From Macrostomum lignano (lineage: Eukaryota): 64,000 nucleotides of DNA. The position numbers and the translations under genes are program-made. How positions within the stretch are numbered: position 1 is the first letter of the stretch; each line of letters begins with the position of its first letter. This document shows, one piece after another, positions 35,881 through 48,798 of the stretch. Location of the stretch: assembly GCA_002269645.1 (NCBI GenBank), contig NIVC01004006.1, positions 1,096-65,095 on the forward strand. The letters run 5' to 3'. Under the pieces are notes generated by a model, which saw only the letters and a program-made list of their open reading frames with translations, searched no databases and was not told the DNA's origin.

Positions 35881-38800
35881 ACCTTAACATTCTTATTGAT
35901 GCTACACACACATTGTTTTGTTTTATTTTTGCACATCTTTGGCTTAGTTTTAGTCTGTATGTTTTACCCATTGCATGCTAACCTTTTTACAATAGCTTCA
36001 TTGCTTCATATTGTTACGCTTTTATACGCTTGTTCAGTACTCACAAAAGTACATCTACAGCCATTTTTGCATTGCATGTACATTTAACATGTACTGTTAT
36101 CGCTGTGTTTTGCTTCTTAAACTTCCTAGAATTTCATACGACCGAATGAATGATGCCCCCCCCCTCAATCTTTGTTGTGCATTTTCAAATTTTATTATGT
36201 TTGCTTTTGGTAAAACTTTTTTATCCTTCCATATTGCCCGCGTACTAATGCTAGTGCATTGTTGCAAAAAAACAATATTGCCATTTTTGGCTTATGTCCT
36301 GTATGATGCACCCACTGATCTTTAATTGAAAAGTTGGTCAATTTTATCTTGGTAAATTCTTGATTATCTCGTCCAGTAGTTTTGTGGTTTAGCAATGATG
36401 AGAGTTTTGAATAATCTCCGTTCCTGCCGGGATGGTGTGCACTGCAGCTTCTTACCATGGATATCCTTTTAGCAGAGAGCGGCATTCCTATTCCTACGAG
36501 TGTGACTGAACCTGCAGCGGTACAATAGAACAGGCAGAAGGGTACTGATTTTTATTTTGACGCCGTGATCAACAATGAATATCACTCGATTACCATAGAC
36601 AGCAGCTATATGTCTATAGTCTATGGTTTGACTGTCTGTGTGTGGTGTACAATTGTACAGTCTTTTCAGCTCGTACTTTTTTGTGACAAAATCAATATTA
36701 TGATAACTAAGTAACTCTTAATAATTACTTCGTATTTTGGCGATCAGAAACCAGATCAAAACTGAGAACATTGTTAGTGCCGACGCAAATCCGGTAGGTA
36801 GAAATATAACGGGATAAAAGCATTCTCTGACCCTTGATCAGACGCAGGTAGTGGTGGTCCAAATCCGGTTTAAATTCATCCAACAATTTAAAAGTTTTAG
36901 TAACCGTTGTACGAGTATCGCGTTTTCCTGACTGGTTTATTTATATCGATAAGAAAAGAAATAAATTTGCGAAGTTCCAATAAAAATAAGCGTGGCCAGA
37001 AAAATGCATTAAGGTTGGGGGGACAAAGCCAAGAATTCTATATTTTTATGTGCATTACTAAATTCCTACACATGTACATTTTTGAGAATATGTTGATAGC
37101 ACTCACTTTCGGCCCCGCAGCTAGGTTATATATTTTGGCGCCCTGAAGCAAACTTATTGATTTCCACAACGGGTCACAAAGGTTGGGAGGGGGCGACAAA
37201 GCATTGTCATGCCCCCCTATAGCTTTTACTGGCCCCTCGTCCTGTCTCCCCTGGTGGAGACAGGGCGCGCGGCAATTTGTGAAGTATTGTACGTGTACAT
37301 ATAGTAGAGATATAGACATTTAGGCTCGTAAATTCCCTGTTTCTAACTACCTGTACATGTAAACCACAGTTGTAGTTACATCATGAACATGTATCTAGAT
37401 CTAGTTACATGCATTATATAGTTTTAGGTCTACAGTAAATTTTAACGTTTTTTCATCTGCACAAAAGCGTGCTTAAAATATGATTTATATGTATTACCTA
37501 CATGTAGCAATGGGCGCCGTACATGTAAGATGGAAGATTTGTGATATTTCTTATAGAAAAGATAACGCGTACTGAAGTTCAAATTGTCAGTGTAGACTGT
37601 CACATGATGAGTTTTATTTCTAAGAAATCCAGCTAAGTGCAAAGACAGAGAGATGGGTCTGGCAGTGGTCTGTATAAAGAAAGACTCATTAAAGAACAAT
37701 ACTCGTAAGACAGACAAACTTTCACAAGATTGTCTCTTCTGCGCACACTGCATACTGTAGTAGACTAGTGGACCTGGATGAAAATTAGTAGCAGTTAGAT
37801 TAGATTGTCCCGCCATGGTGCAACTGCACCTACATGTAACTGTTTCGAAAGATCGCAATGGACAACAATCGGTTTTTCTAACAGATGGAGTTCGCCAAAA
37901 AACTCTTCAACCTGCTAGAAAAGGTACTCGTACGACCAATCGGATAATGCTTTAATTGATTCTATACGTTGTAAATAGGCTTAAAATAACCGATTTATTA
38001 AATTTTATGTAAATAAATATATCGGCACTTTGACGCCGTCACGCGATACCTTTAACGGGTGCCACGGGTTACTAGATGGAAACTGTGGCAACTAAAGTCT
38101 CGGCTAGTGGGAAACTCCAACTGCTGGGCATTCCAACTTTTTAGTCTCCCAATCATTCAGGTCATCACCTCGAGAGACGCCGTCGGCACTTTCAACAGGT
38201 GGCACACTGGGAGATTTTGGTCACCAAAAGAGAGTTTTCTTATTCAATGCCACGGAGAATCACAGCAGCCGAACAAAGTACCTTCTCTGGATTTATTCTA
38301 TTCAAACGCTATTCAATTTCTTTGTCACACGAGGCTTTGGAGTTTGTAAACGAATTTTTGATTCAAACTGAAAAACCGACTGCGCTAACTGTAAGTTTTT
38401 TGGCGCCAAGTTTTTTTGGTGCATCAATAAAAGGTTAGCAATATTACAATACGACCAAGCAGACACTATCGTATCTTCATATGATTGTCCGAATTCCAGA
38501 AAATCAAAAAATGGAGCGACCTATCTCAAGAAAAATAAGGCCATAAATGAAGTCAACCTTATGCAAAGCACGCACACTTTAAAAACATATCTCTCTTAGG
38601 AAGCATTACTAGACTTAATTTTTCCTGGAAAAACAGCTGGAAACGTTTCCTGGAAAAGTTTACTTGAAAATAAAACTTTAGCTTCGGCCACCTGTCCACC
38701 TCCATCGTGCATACTCGTAGAATGTACTTGAGCAATATGAAAATTTCTAAGAAATCTGCTTTCTGTGAGTTGATGCATATATAAACCCTCCGTTTCTCAA

Positions 38801-39717
38801 TTCTGGAAAAAAAGATGCAGCAAATGCAAACTACGATCGTACGAGCGTACGTAGACAAGCCTGAAAGCTTCCATGCTTATACGTATGTACAAAGCTTGGC
38901 TGTGAGCACGCTCACTCACAAATGGCGTATTTACCCTTAACTATACAGCACAGTAGGCGTCATAGAGCTACTGTAGATCCAGGCCCTCGTCCGCTCGTAT
39001 TGTAAGCAAGAACAATAGCTATTCTATACTGTAGCTACTCAACTCATACAGCCCTTGTAATTCGACTAGCTGAGCAATGTACAGCTTAGATGGGAGCCTA
39101 TTTACTAACGGTGAGTATCTTTGTGGCCATGGACTGGACAGTAAAAAGGAATGATGCATAGGCTGGAATTGAGATGGATTGAGATAGTACACTTAAACTT
39201 AAGCAATTTGATGGGCGATAATTTTGCTTTCGTCTCTTTTATAAAGACCATTCTTTATCCGAAAACTTAATTATACCATTTCGGTCGATGTCGCAATAAA
39301 AAAAACAATTTATATAATTAGCGACTACGCAATTGTTTACGCAATGCAACACAATTTTTCAACCGGATAATGATCACCTCCGTATAGTTTTGGCTACAGC
39401 TACTTGTAGAAATGACACAATACTGATACATATCTTTGTTACCAATGGGTTGCACAACAGTTCTTTAACATTCGCTAAGATTTTAAAGAACACTAGCAAT
39501 CTACGCCCCCCCGTTGGGGAGCCAAAGAAATGCAATACACGTTTTTTTAATAAGCTACATGTATCCTTGAAATCTTAAAAAAATCTCCTGTCAAACCTTG
39601 TAAGCCTTGACATGTCAGTAATTCCCCCCCACAAGCTTTAACATATCAACTTCCCCCCTTGACATCTCAGCAATGCCCCCAATAAGCCTTGGAAATCTAA
39701 AAATATCTGTCAACCTT

Positions 39718-39810
39718 CTAACCCTAACCCTAGCCTAACCCTAACCCTAAACCTAACCCTAACCCTAACCATAACCCTAACCTAACCCTAACCCTAACCC
39801 TAACCCTAAA
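39718..39810. repeat. Interstitial telomere-type repeat (TAACCC)n
   Basis: About 15 units of ctaacc with variants. A more degenerate echo is at ~40185-40230. Confidence 0.9.
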
Positions 39811-40624
39811 GCATTGAAATTTCAGTAATTCTCTCTAAGAGTCATTATAGCACTACTACAGCATTATAGCGATTCCCTGCAAGCCTCGACATCGTAGGGA
39901 TTCCCAAATGAATCTCTTAACTTCGACATGAAGCTTCTTTTATTTTTTACATTACGCTTTTTTTATCAGTGATCCCTCCTCTGACGAGGCATCAAATAAT
40001 GTAATAAAAAGTTTTCAATAAACTACATGTAGCTTCTGACTTTAGCCTTGAAATCTCATTTATACCCCCGTGAGCCTTGACATCTCAGCTATTCCCCCCG
40101 TAAGCCTTAACATGTCAGCGATGGCCCCCAAAAAACCTTGAAATCTAAAAAACCCCCTGTTAAACTTGAAACCCGATAAAATATAACCCTCAACCCACAC
40201 CTGACCTAAACCTAACTTTAACCCAACCTAAAGCCTTGAAATCTCAGCAATTCTTCTCCCCTAAGCCTTGACATTTTAGTGATTCCTTCTTTAAGAATCA
40301 CAGCACTATAACGATTTCCACCAAGCTTTGACATTGTAAGCAATTCCCAAATGAATCTTTTAACTTCGACATGACTTTTCTTTTATGTATACATAGTGCC
40401 ACTTTTATTTTTTACATGACTCTTCGTCTATCAGCGCCTCCCCCCGTGGCGAGCCAACAAAGAATGCAATAAAAAAATTGAGTAAAGTACATGAACTTTG
40501 AAGTAGCTTCTGGCTTTTGCTTTGACATCTCAGAAACCCCCCCCCCGTAATCTCAGTTATTCTCTGAGAGCCTTGACATCTCAGTTTTTCTCCCCAGCAC
40601 AGCATTATAGCTGCATTTAATTTT

Positions 40625-41518
40625 TACATGACACCCTTCATGTCTGACATGACGCTTCTTTTATTCTACCATGATGCTTCCTTATTTTTTAAATGACGCT
40701 TCTATAATTTTTTACATGACGCTTCTATGATTTTTACATGACGCTTCTATGATTTTTACATGACGCTTTAATGATTTTTTCATGACGCTTCTATGATTGT
40801 TTACATGACGCTTCTATGATTTTTTACTTGACGCTTCTATGTTTTTTTACATTACGCTTCTATGATTTTTTTCATGACGCTTCCATGATTTTTACATGAC
40901 GCTTCTATGCTTTTTACATGACGCTTCTATGATTGTTTACATGTCGCTTCTATGATGGTTTACATGACGCTTCTATGATATTTTACATGACGCTTTAATG
41001 ATTTTTTCATGACGCTTCTATGATTTTTTACATGACGCTTTTATGATTTTTTACTTGACGCTTCTATGATTTTTTACATTACGCTTCTATGATTTTTTCA
41101 TGACGCTTCCATGATTTTTACATGACGTTTCTATGATTTTTACATGACGCTTCAATGATTTTTACATGACGCTTCAATGATTGTTTACATGACGCTTCTA
41201 TGATTTTTTACATGACGCTTTAATGATTGTTTACATGACGCTTCTATGATTTTTTCATGACGCTTCTACGATTTTTTACATGACGCTTCTATGATTGTTT
41301 ACATGACGCTTCTATGATTGTTTAGATGACGCTTCTATGATTGTTTACATGACGCTTCTATGATTTTTTACATGACGCTTTAATGATTGTTTACATGACG
41401 CTTCTATGATTGTTTACATGACGCTTCTATGATTGTTTAGATGACGCTTCTATGATTATTTACATGACGCTTCTATGATTTTTTGCATGACTATTCTATG
41501 ATTTTTTACATGACGCCT
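40625..41518. repeat. 22-24-bp minisatellite inside element A
   Basis: Unit ttttacatgacgcttctatgatt, about 38 copies. Confidence 0.96.
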
Positions 41519-42267
41519 TTAGTCCTTTAATTTATTAATTTTTTAATAAAAGCTTTTAATAAAAACATTTACTACTAAGATTCGAACCCAGGTCGCTGCA
41601 TTAGCAGTCCAGTCTGTTAACTTCTAGGCTAGATCTTATCGAATTTATAAGTGAAATTGTAGCACTTATATAATTCAACACTCACTCACGAAGCAGTTAT
41701 GACATAATTAATTTCCCAGGCAAGTCAGTATCAGTCTCAATTAAAGTTGACAATATGGTTACGCAATCTAAATGCTACGCTTCCACACTGCATTTTCAAT
41801 ACTGTGACGCAATTCAAGTTGGAGTTACAATTCAGTTATGATGCAATCTATTTCAGAATCAGAATCAACCAGTCATTTTTTTCTCTAGCATTCTTACAAT
41901 GCATTTCAAGTTGAAAATTTTGCTTGACCTTTGCAAAAAAGCATGTTTTTCGAATATTTAATGCCTTTAGCATCGAGCAATTTCTTAGCCACGATGCATG
42001 TACCGTCACGGGAAAATTTCTGATCGAACAGTGCAAGTCTCATGAAAATCGGTTAAGCTATTTTTTCTCTAATCGATCACATAGATAGATAGAGACAGAC
42101 CATTTTTAGTATATAGGACTAGCAATCTTCGCCCCCCGATGGGGGACATCTGGATAGAATCTCTGTTCTCTACAAGTAACAAAAAGACAGCCAAAAAATC
42201 CTTCACAAAGACAACAGACAAACTGCTCAAATGAAGTGAATTGCAATAAGAAATCTTCCCAAGACAA

Positions 42268-42782
42268 CAAGCATCCCCCAGATAGCAAGCATTCCCCAGA
42301 TAGCAAGCATCCCTCAAATAGCAAGCATCCCCCAGATAGCAAGCATCCCCCAGATAGCAAGCATCCCCCAGATAGCAAACATCCCCAGATAGCAAACATC
42401 CCCCAGATAGCAAGCATCCCCCAGATAGCAAGCATTCCCCAGATAGCAAACATTCCCCAGATAGCAAGCATTCCCCAGATAGCAAGCATCCCTCAGATAG
42501 CAAGCATACCCCAAATAGCAAGCATCCCTCAGATAGCAAGCATCCCTCAGATAGCAAGCATCCCCAGATAGCAAGCATCACTCAGATAGCAAGCATCCAC
42601 CAGATAGCAAGCATCCACCAGATAGCAAGCATCCACCAGATAGCAAGCATCCCTCAGATAGCAAGCATCCCCCAAATTGCAAGCATCGCCCAGATAGCAA
42701 GCATCCCCAGAAAGCAAGCATCCTCCAAATAGCAAGCATCCCCCAGATAGATAGCATCCCCAAATAGCAACCATCCACCAGA
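42268..42782. repeat. 17-18-bp minisatellite inside element B
   Basis: Unit cagatagcaagcatcccc, about 28 copies. Confidence 0.96.
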
Positions 42783-42879
42783 CAATAAGTAGCTAGAGCG
42801 ACAATTTCCTTAGCTTTATAGTGGCTCCTTTAAATTGGCATGGCGCTTTATACCTTTACATTTGAAATTGTATATCTTG

Positions 42880-45800
42880 AATGTTTGACATGGTGGCTCT
42901 TTTATGTTTGACATAGTGGCTCTTCTATGTTTGACATGGTGGCTCTTTTATGTTTGACATGGTGGCTCTTTTATGTTTGACATGGTGGCTCTTTTATGTT
43001 TGACATGGTGGCTCTTTTATGTTTGACATGGTGGCTCTTTTATGTTTGACATGGTGGCTCTTCTATGTTTGACATGGTGGCTTTTTTAGGTTTGACATGG
43101 TGGCTCTTTTATGTTTGACATGTTGGCTTTTTAATGTTCGACATGGTGGCTCTTTAATGTTCGACATGGTGGCTTTTTAATGTTCGACATGGTGGCTCTT
43201 TTAGGTTTGAAATGGTGGCTCCTTAATTTTCGAAATGGTGGCTCTTTTATGTTCGACATGGTGTCTCTTTAATGTTCGACATGGTGGCTCTTTAATGTTC
43301 TTAATGGTGTCTGTTTTATGTTTGACATGGTGGCTCTTTATTGTTCGACATGGTGGCTCTTTAATTTTTAGCATGGTAACTCTTTTATGTTTGATATCGT
43401 GGCTCTTTTATGTTCGACATGGTGGCTCTTTAGAGTTCGACATGGTGGCTCTTTAATGTTTGACATGGTGGCTCTTTAATTTTTGAAATGGTGGCTGTTT
43501 TATGTTTGACATGGTGGCTCTTTAATGTTCGACATGGTGGCTCTTTAATGTTTGACATGGTGGCTCTTTAATTTTTGAAATGGTGGCTGTTTTATGTTTG
43601 ACATGGTGGCTCTTTAATGTTCGACATGGTGGCTCTTTAATTTTTAACATGGTGACTCTTTTATGTTCGATATGGTGGCTCTTTTATGTTTGACATAGTG
43701 GCTCCTTTAGGTTTGAAATGGTGGCTCTTTAATGTTTAACATTGTGGCTCTTTAATGTTTGACATGGTGGCTTTTTAATGTTCGACATGGTGGCTCTTAT
43801 AGGTTTGAAACGGTGGCTCTTTAATGTTTGACATGGTGGCTTTTTTATGTTTGACATGGTGGCTCTTGTATGTTCGACATGGTGGCTCTTTTAATGGTCG
43901 ACATGGTGGCTCTTTAATGTTCTTCATGTTGGCTCTTTTATGTTTGACATGCTGGCTTTTTTATGTTTGACATGGTGGCTCTTTTATGTTCGACATGGTG
44001 GCTCTTTTATGTTCTACATGGCTGCTCTTTTATGTTCGACATGGTGGCTCTTGTATGTTCGACATGGTCGCTCTTTTAGGTTTGAAATGGTGGCTCTTTA
44101 ATATTTGACAAGGTGGCTCTTTAATGTTCGACATGGTGGCTCTTTAAATTTCGAAATGGTGGCTCCTTAATTTTCAAAATGGTGGCTGTTTTATGTTTGA
44201 CATGGTGGCTCTTTAATGTTCGACATGGTGGCTCTTTAATGTTCTTAATGGTGTCTGTTTTATGTTTGACATGGTGGCTCTTTATTGTTCGACATGGTGG
44301 CTCTTTAATTTTTAACATGGTAACTCTTTTATGTTCGATATGGTGGCTCTTTTATGTTCGAAATGGTGGCTCTTTAATGTTCGACATGGTGGCTCCTTTA
44401 GGTTTGAAATGGTGGCTCTTTAATGTTTGACATTGTGGCTCTTTAATATTTGACAAGGTGGCTCTTTAATGTTCGACATGGTGGCTCCTTAATTTTCGAA
44501 ATGGTGGCTGTTTTATGTTTGACATGGTGGCTCTTTAATGTTCGACATGGTGGCTCTTTTATGTTCGACATGGTGGCTCTTTTATGTTCTACATGGCTGC
44601 TCTTTTATGTTCGACATGGTGGCTCTTGTATGTTCGACATGGTGGCTCCTTTAGGTTTGAAATGGTGGCTCTTTAATGTTTGACATTGTGGCTCTTTAAT
44701 ATTTGACAAGGTGGCTCTTTAATGTTCGACATGGTGGCTCCTTAATTTTCGAAATGGTGGCTCTTTAATGTTCTTAATGGTGTCTGTTTTATGTTCGACA
44801 TGGTGGCTCTTTAATTTTTAACATAGTAACTCTTTTACATGTATGTTTGATATGGTGGCTCTTTAATGTTCGACATGGTGGCTCTTTAATGTTTGACATG
44901 GTGGCTTTTTAATGTTCGACATGGTGGCTCTTTTAGGTTTGAAACGGTGGCTCTTTAATGTTTGACATGGTGACTCTTTAATGTTTGACATGGTGGCTCT
45001 TGTATGTTCGACATGGTGGCTCCTTTAGGTTTGAAATAGTGGCTCTTTAATGTTTGACATTGTGGCTTTTTTATGTTTGACATGGTGGCTTCTTAATGTT
45101 TGACATGGTGGCTCTTTTAGGTTTGAAATGGTGGCTCTTTAATATTTGACAAGGTGGCTCTTTAATGTTCGACATGGTGGCTCTTTAATGTTTGACTTGG
45201 TGGCTCTTTTAGATTTGAAATGGTGGGTCTTTAATGCTTGACAATGTGGCTCTTTAATGTTTGACATGGCTGCTCTTTAATGTTCGATATGGTGGCTCTT
45301 TAATGTTTGACATGGTAACTCTTTTATGTTTGATATGGTGGCTCTTTTATGTTCAACATGGTGGCTCTTTAATGTTTGACATGGTGGCTTTTGAATGTTC
45401 GACATGGTGGCTCTTTAATGTTTGACATGGTGGCTCTTTTAGGTTTGAAATGGTGGCTCTTTAATGTTCTACATGGTAACTCTTTTATGTTTGATACGGT
45501 GGCTTTTTAATGTCTGACATGTTGTCTCTTTTATGTTTGACATGGTGGCTCTTTAATGTTTGACATGGTAACTCTTTTATGTTTGATATGGTGGCTCTTT
45601 TATGTTCGACATGGTGGCTCTTTAATGTTCGACATGGTGGCTCCTTTAGGTTTGAAATGGTGGCTCTTTAATGTTTGACATTGTGGCTCTTTTATGTTCG
45701 ACATGGTGGCTCTTTTAGGTTTGACATGGTGGCTCTTAAATGTTCGACATGGTGGCTCTTTAATGTTTCACATGGTGGCTCTTTAATATTTGACATAAAG

Positions 45801-46280
45801 TCACATATATGTTTGACATGGTGGCTCCTAAATGTTTGACATGGTGGCTCTTTATGTTTGACATGGTGGCTCTTTTATGTTCGACATGGTGGATCTTTTT
45901 TGTTCTACATGGTAACTCTTTTATGTTTGATACGGTGGCTTTTTAATGTCTGACATGTTGGCTCTTTTATGTTTGACATGGTGGCTCTTTATTGTTCGAC
46001 AAAGTGGCTCTTTTGTGTTTGACATGGTGGCTCTTAATTGTTTGACATAGTGGCTCTTTAATGTTCAAAATGGTGGCTCTTTAATGTTCGAAATGGTGGC
46101 TGTTTTATGTTTGACATGGTGGCTCTTTTATGTTTGACATGGTGGCTCTTAAATGTTTGACATGGTGGCTCTTTAATGTTCGACATGGTAGCTCTTTAAT
46201 GTTCGACATGGTAGCTCTTTTATGTTGGACATGGTAACTCTTTTATGTTCGATATGTTGGCTCTTCTATGTTTGACATTG
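42880..46280. repeat. 20-22-bp minisatellite inside element B (3.4 kb)
   Basis: Unit tttgacatggtggctctttaatg with many variants, about 160 copies. Confidence 0.98.
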
Positions 46281-47029
46281 CGCTTCTTTGATGTTTAGCA
46301 GTTTTGTTGTGTTTTTAAGGTGTTTTAATAAAAAAATCTTTTTGCACTACTAAGATTCGAACCCAGGTCGCTACATTAGCATTCCAGTCTGTTCGCATCA
46401 GGGCTATCTCTTTTCAATTGGAGGACATGAATTGTGGCCCTTATAATTCAATTCTTACAGCAAGTCAATTGGAGTAAAAAGTTATGACATAATCAATTTC
46501 TCAGTCAGCCAGTATCAGTCTCAATTTAAGTTAGCAATATGGTTACGCAATTTAAATCAAGTCGTGTGTGCATTTCTTCGGTACTGTTTTCAACTTGTTG
46601 TGATGCAATCTTTATCACAATCAGAATTCAGCCAGTCAGTTTTTTCTCTAGCATTCTTACAATGCATTTCAGGTCGAAAGAGCTGCTTGACCTTTGCAAA
46701 AAAGCATGTTTTTCGAATATTTAATCCCTTTAACATTGAGCAATTTCTTAGCCAAGATGCATGTACCGTCCCAGGAAAATTTCTGATCGAATGGTGCAAG
46801 TTTGAAGAAAATCGGTTGAGCCGTTTTTTCTGAAATCAATCGCATACCCATATACATACATACATACATACATACAGACAACTCATTTTTAGGATATAGG
46901 AAGTAGTATGAAGACGCACACGTCTTTTTGCCACCAGTGAACGGGCTTCTTTTTAGACGTGGGTCTTCACTACTTGATAAACCTAGTTTTGTACCGATGA
47001 AAAAGAACTTTGAGAAGCTCAAGAAAAAT

Positions 47030-47530
47030 TCTTTGTCTGTTCTGTTTCTCTCCTCTCTAATCTCTCTCTAGTCTCCCCCCTCTTCTCTCGCTTCTCTCTC
47101 GTCTTATTTCTTATCTCCTCTTTTCTCCCTCCATTCTCTTTCATTTTTTCTCTCTGTCTCATCTGACCCGCAGCCATGAGCTGGAATCTTCTATAATAGG
47201 CCATCGAAGGCCTCGATATAAAAAAATTGTCTAAAGTCTCCAGAGCGTAGCATGGATATACCACCCCATTAAGCTGGTTCTGGTTGTTTCGGCTCTTAGC
47301 ATCAGCTTAAGAGCCTTAAGTGCTTGGAAAGTCAGGCCAGTTTTGAGGGACATAAAACTCGTACTCTCAAACAGATAGTACACTATTATGGACAAACATA
47401 CAAACAAATATCTGGGGAGGATTGTACACGTAAAGACTTGGAGCTTGCCCCCGCCAAACTTTGTACTGGGCTTGCAATTCAAATGTGCAGTTAAAGAGCT
47501 AAATATAATACGAAATTCTAATCACGTGAC
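47030..47530 (-). mobile_element. Possible old RTE-like LINE remnant ending in a GA-rich tract
   Basis: Minus frames give ...LKLMLRAETTRTSLMGWYIHATLW and RPSMAYYRRFQLMAAGQMR, a weak echo of the RTE C-terminal LR...W...RRLQLAGH..R pattern. Confidence 0.3.
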
Positions 47531-47603
47531 GCCCGTTTATCGATCTAATTTTCCTTGGTCTGTGCGCGAAGCAAATGAAGCTCTATTACACGCCCTCCCA
47601 ACC

Positions 47604-48798
47604 GGGTCCACCCCAACTGCCAGCCGGAAAACTGCCAGCCGACAATTGCCAGCCGACAACTGCCAGCCGACAACTGCCAGCCGACAATTGCCAGCCGACA
47701 ACTGCCGGCCGACAACTGCCAGCCGACAATTGCCAGCCGACAACTGCCAGCCGACAACTGCCAGCCGACAATTGCCAGCCGAGAAAACTGCCAGCCGGAA
47801 AACTGCCAGCCGACAACTGCCAGTCGACAATTGCCAGTCGACAATTGCCAGCCGAGAAAACTGCGAGCCGGAAAACTGCCAGCCGACAACTGCAAGCCGA
47901 GAAATCTGCCAGCCGACAACTGCCAGCCGACAAGTTCTAGCTAATTGAATCTACTGTAGCCTACTTATTAGCTAAGTAAAAAGCACGAAACTGTTTGGCT
48001 AGCAAAAGGCTTGTGGGGTAGCCTTAAATGTCGCCCTTCCCTACCCTAATTTTTTCAGATTTCCATTAGAAGTATATATGTGAAGGAGAAAGCATTCAAA
48101 TTTCGTATTTTAGGTAGCCTTTGCTCTTTCTTTGAAAGCTTTATTTAAGTAAAGTAATTTAATAGACTTATCTAGGATTGCGTCATATAGCAATCGCAAT
48201 CGCAAATTAAATAATAAAGTAAATAAACTTTCAATACAGAAATATTTACAATAGGCATTACAGAATGCTTTCTCCTTCACATATACTTCTAATGGAAATC
48301 TTAAAAAATTAGGGTAGGGAAGGGCGACATTTAAGGCTACCCCACAAGCCTTTTGCTAGCCAAACAGTTTCGTGCTTTTTACTTAGCTAATAAGTAGGCT
48401 ACAGTAGATTCAATTAGCTAGAACTTGTCGGCTGGCAGTTTTCCGGCTGGCAGTTTTCTCGGCTGGCAATTGTCGACTGGCAGTTGTCGACTGGCAGTTG
48501 TCGGCTGGCAGTTGTCGGCTGGCAATTGTCGGCTGGCAGTTTTCCGGCTGGCAGTTTTCTCGGCTGGCAATTATCGGCTGGCAGTTGTCGGCTGGCAGTT
48601 GTCGGCTGGCAGTTGTCGGCTGGCAATTGTCGGCTGGCAGTTTTCCGGCTGGCAGTTTTCTCGGCTGGCAATTATCGGCTGGCAGTTGTCGGCTGGCAGT
48701 TGTCGACTGGCAGTTGTCGACTGGCAATTGTCGGCTGGCAGTTTTCCGGCTGGCAGTTGTCGGCTGGCAGTTTTCCGGCTGGCAGTTGGGGTGCTCCC
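47604..48798. mobile_element. Foldback (MULE/FB-type) non-autonomous element with 9-bp TSD
   Basis: Inverted arms 47604-48097 and 48263-48798. The outer parts are 14-15-bp tandem repeats (caactgccagccga) and the inner ~165 bp is unique and almost perfectly inverted. Spacer is 165 bp. TSD CTCCCAACC at 47595-47603 and 48799-48807. Confidence 0.9.

Larger units (their letters stand above)
39493..42118 (-). mobile_element. Non-autonomous Helitron-like element A
   Basis: On the minus strand it starts TCCTATATACTAAAAATG (42118) and ends with a C-run/G-run GC hairpin, about 10 nt, then CTAG followed by T (39493). It contains telomeric repeats and a ~23-bp minisatellite. Confidence 0.75.
42119..46901 (-). 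mobile_element. Non-autonomous Helitron-like element B, head-to-tail with element A
   Basis: On the minus strand it starts TCCTATATCCTAAAAATG (46901) and ends gtcccccatcggggggc-gaagattg-CTAG (42119). Its 5' ~580 bp (46325-46901) is homologous to 41540-42118. The base before the 5' TC is T rather than the expected A. Confidence 0.75.

Noticed and set aside
41572-41635. Functional tRNA gene
   Set aside because: The acceptor stem and D arm do not pair. Treated as a tRNA-derived relic.
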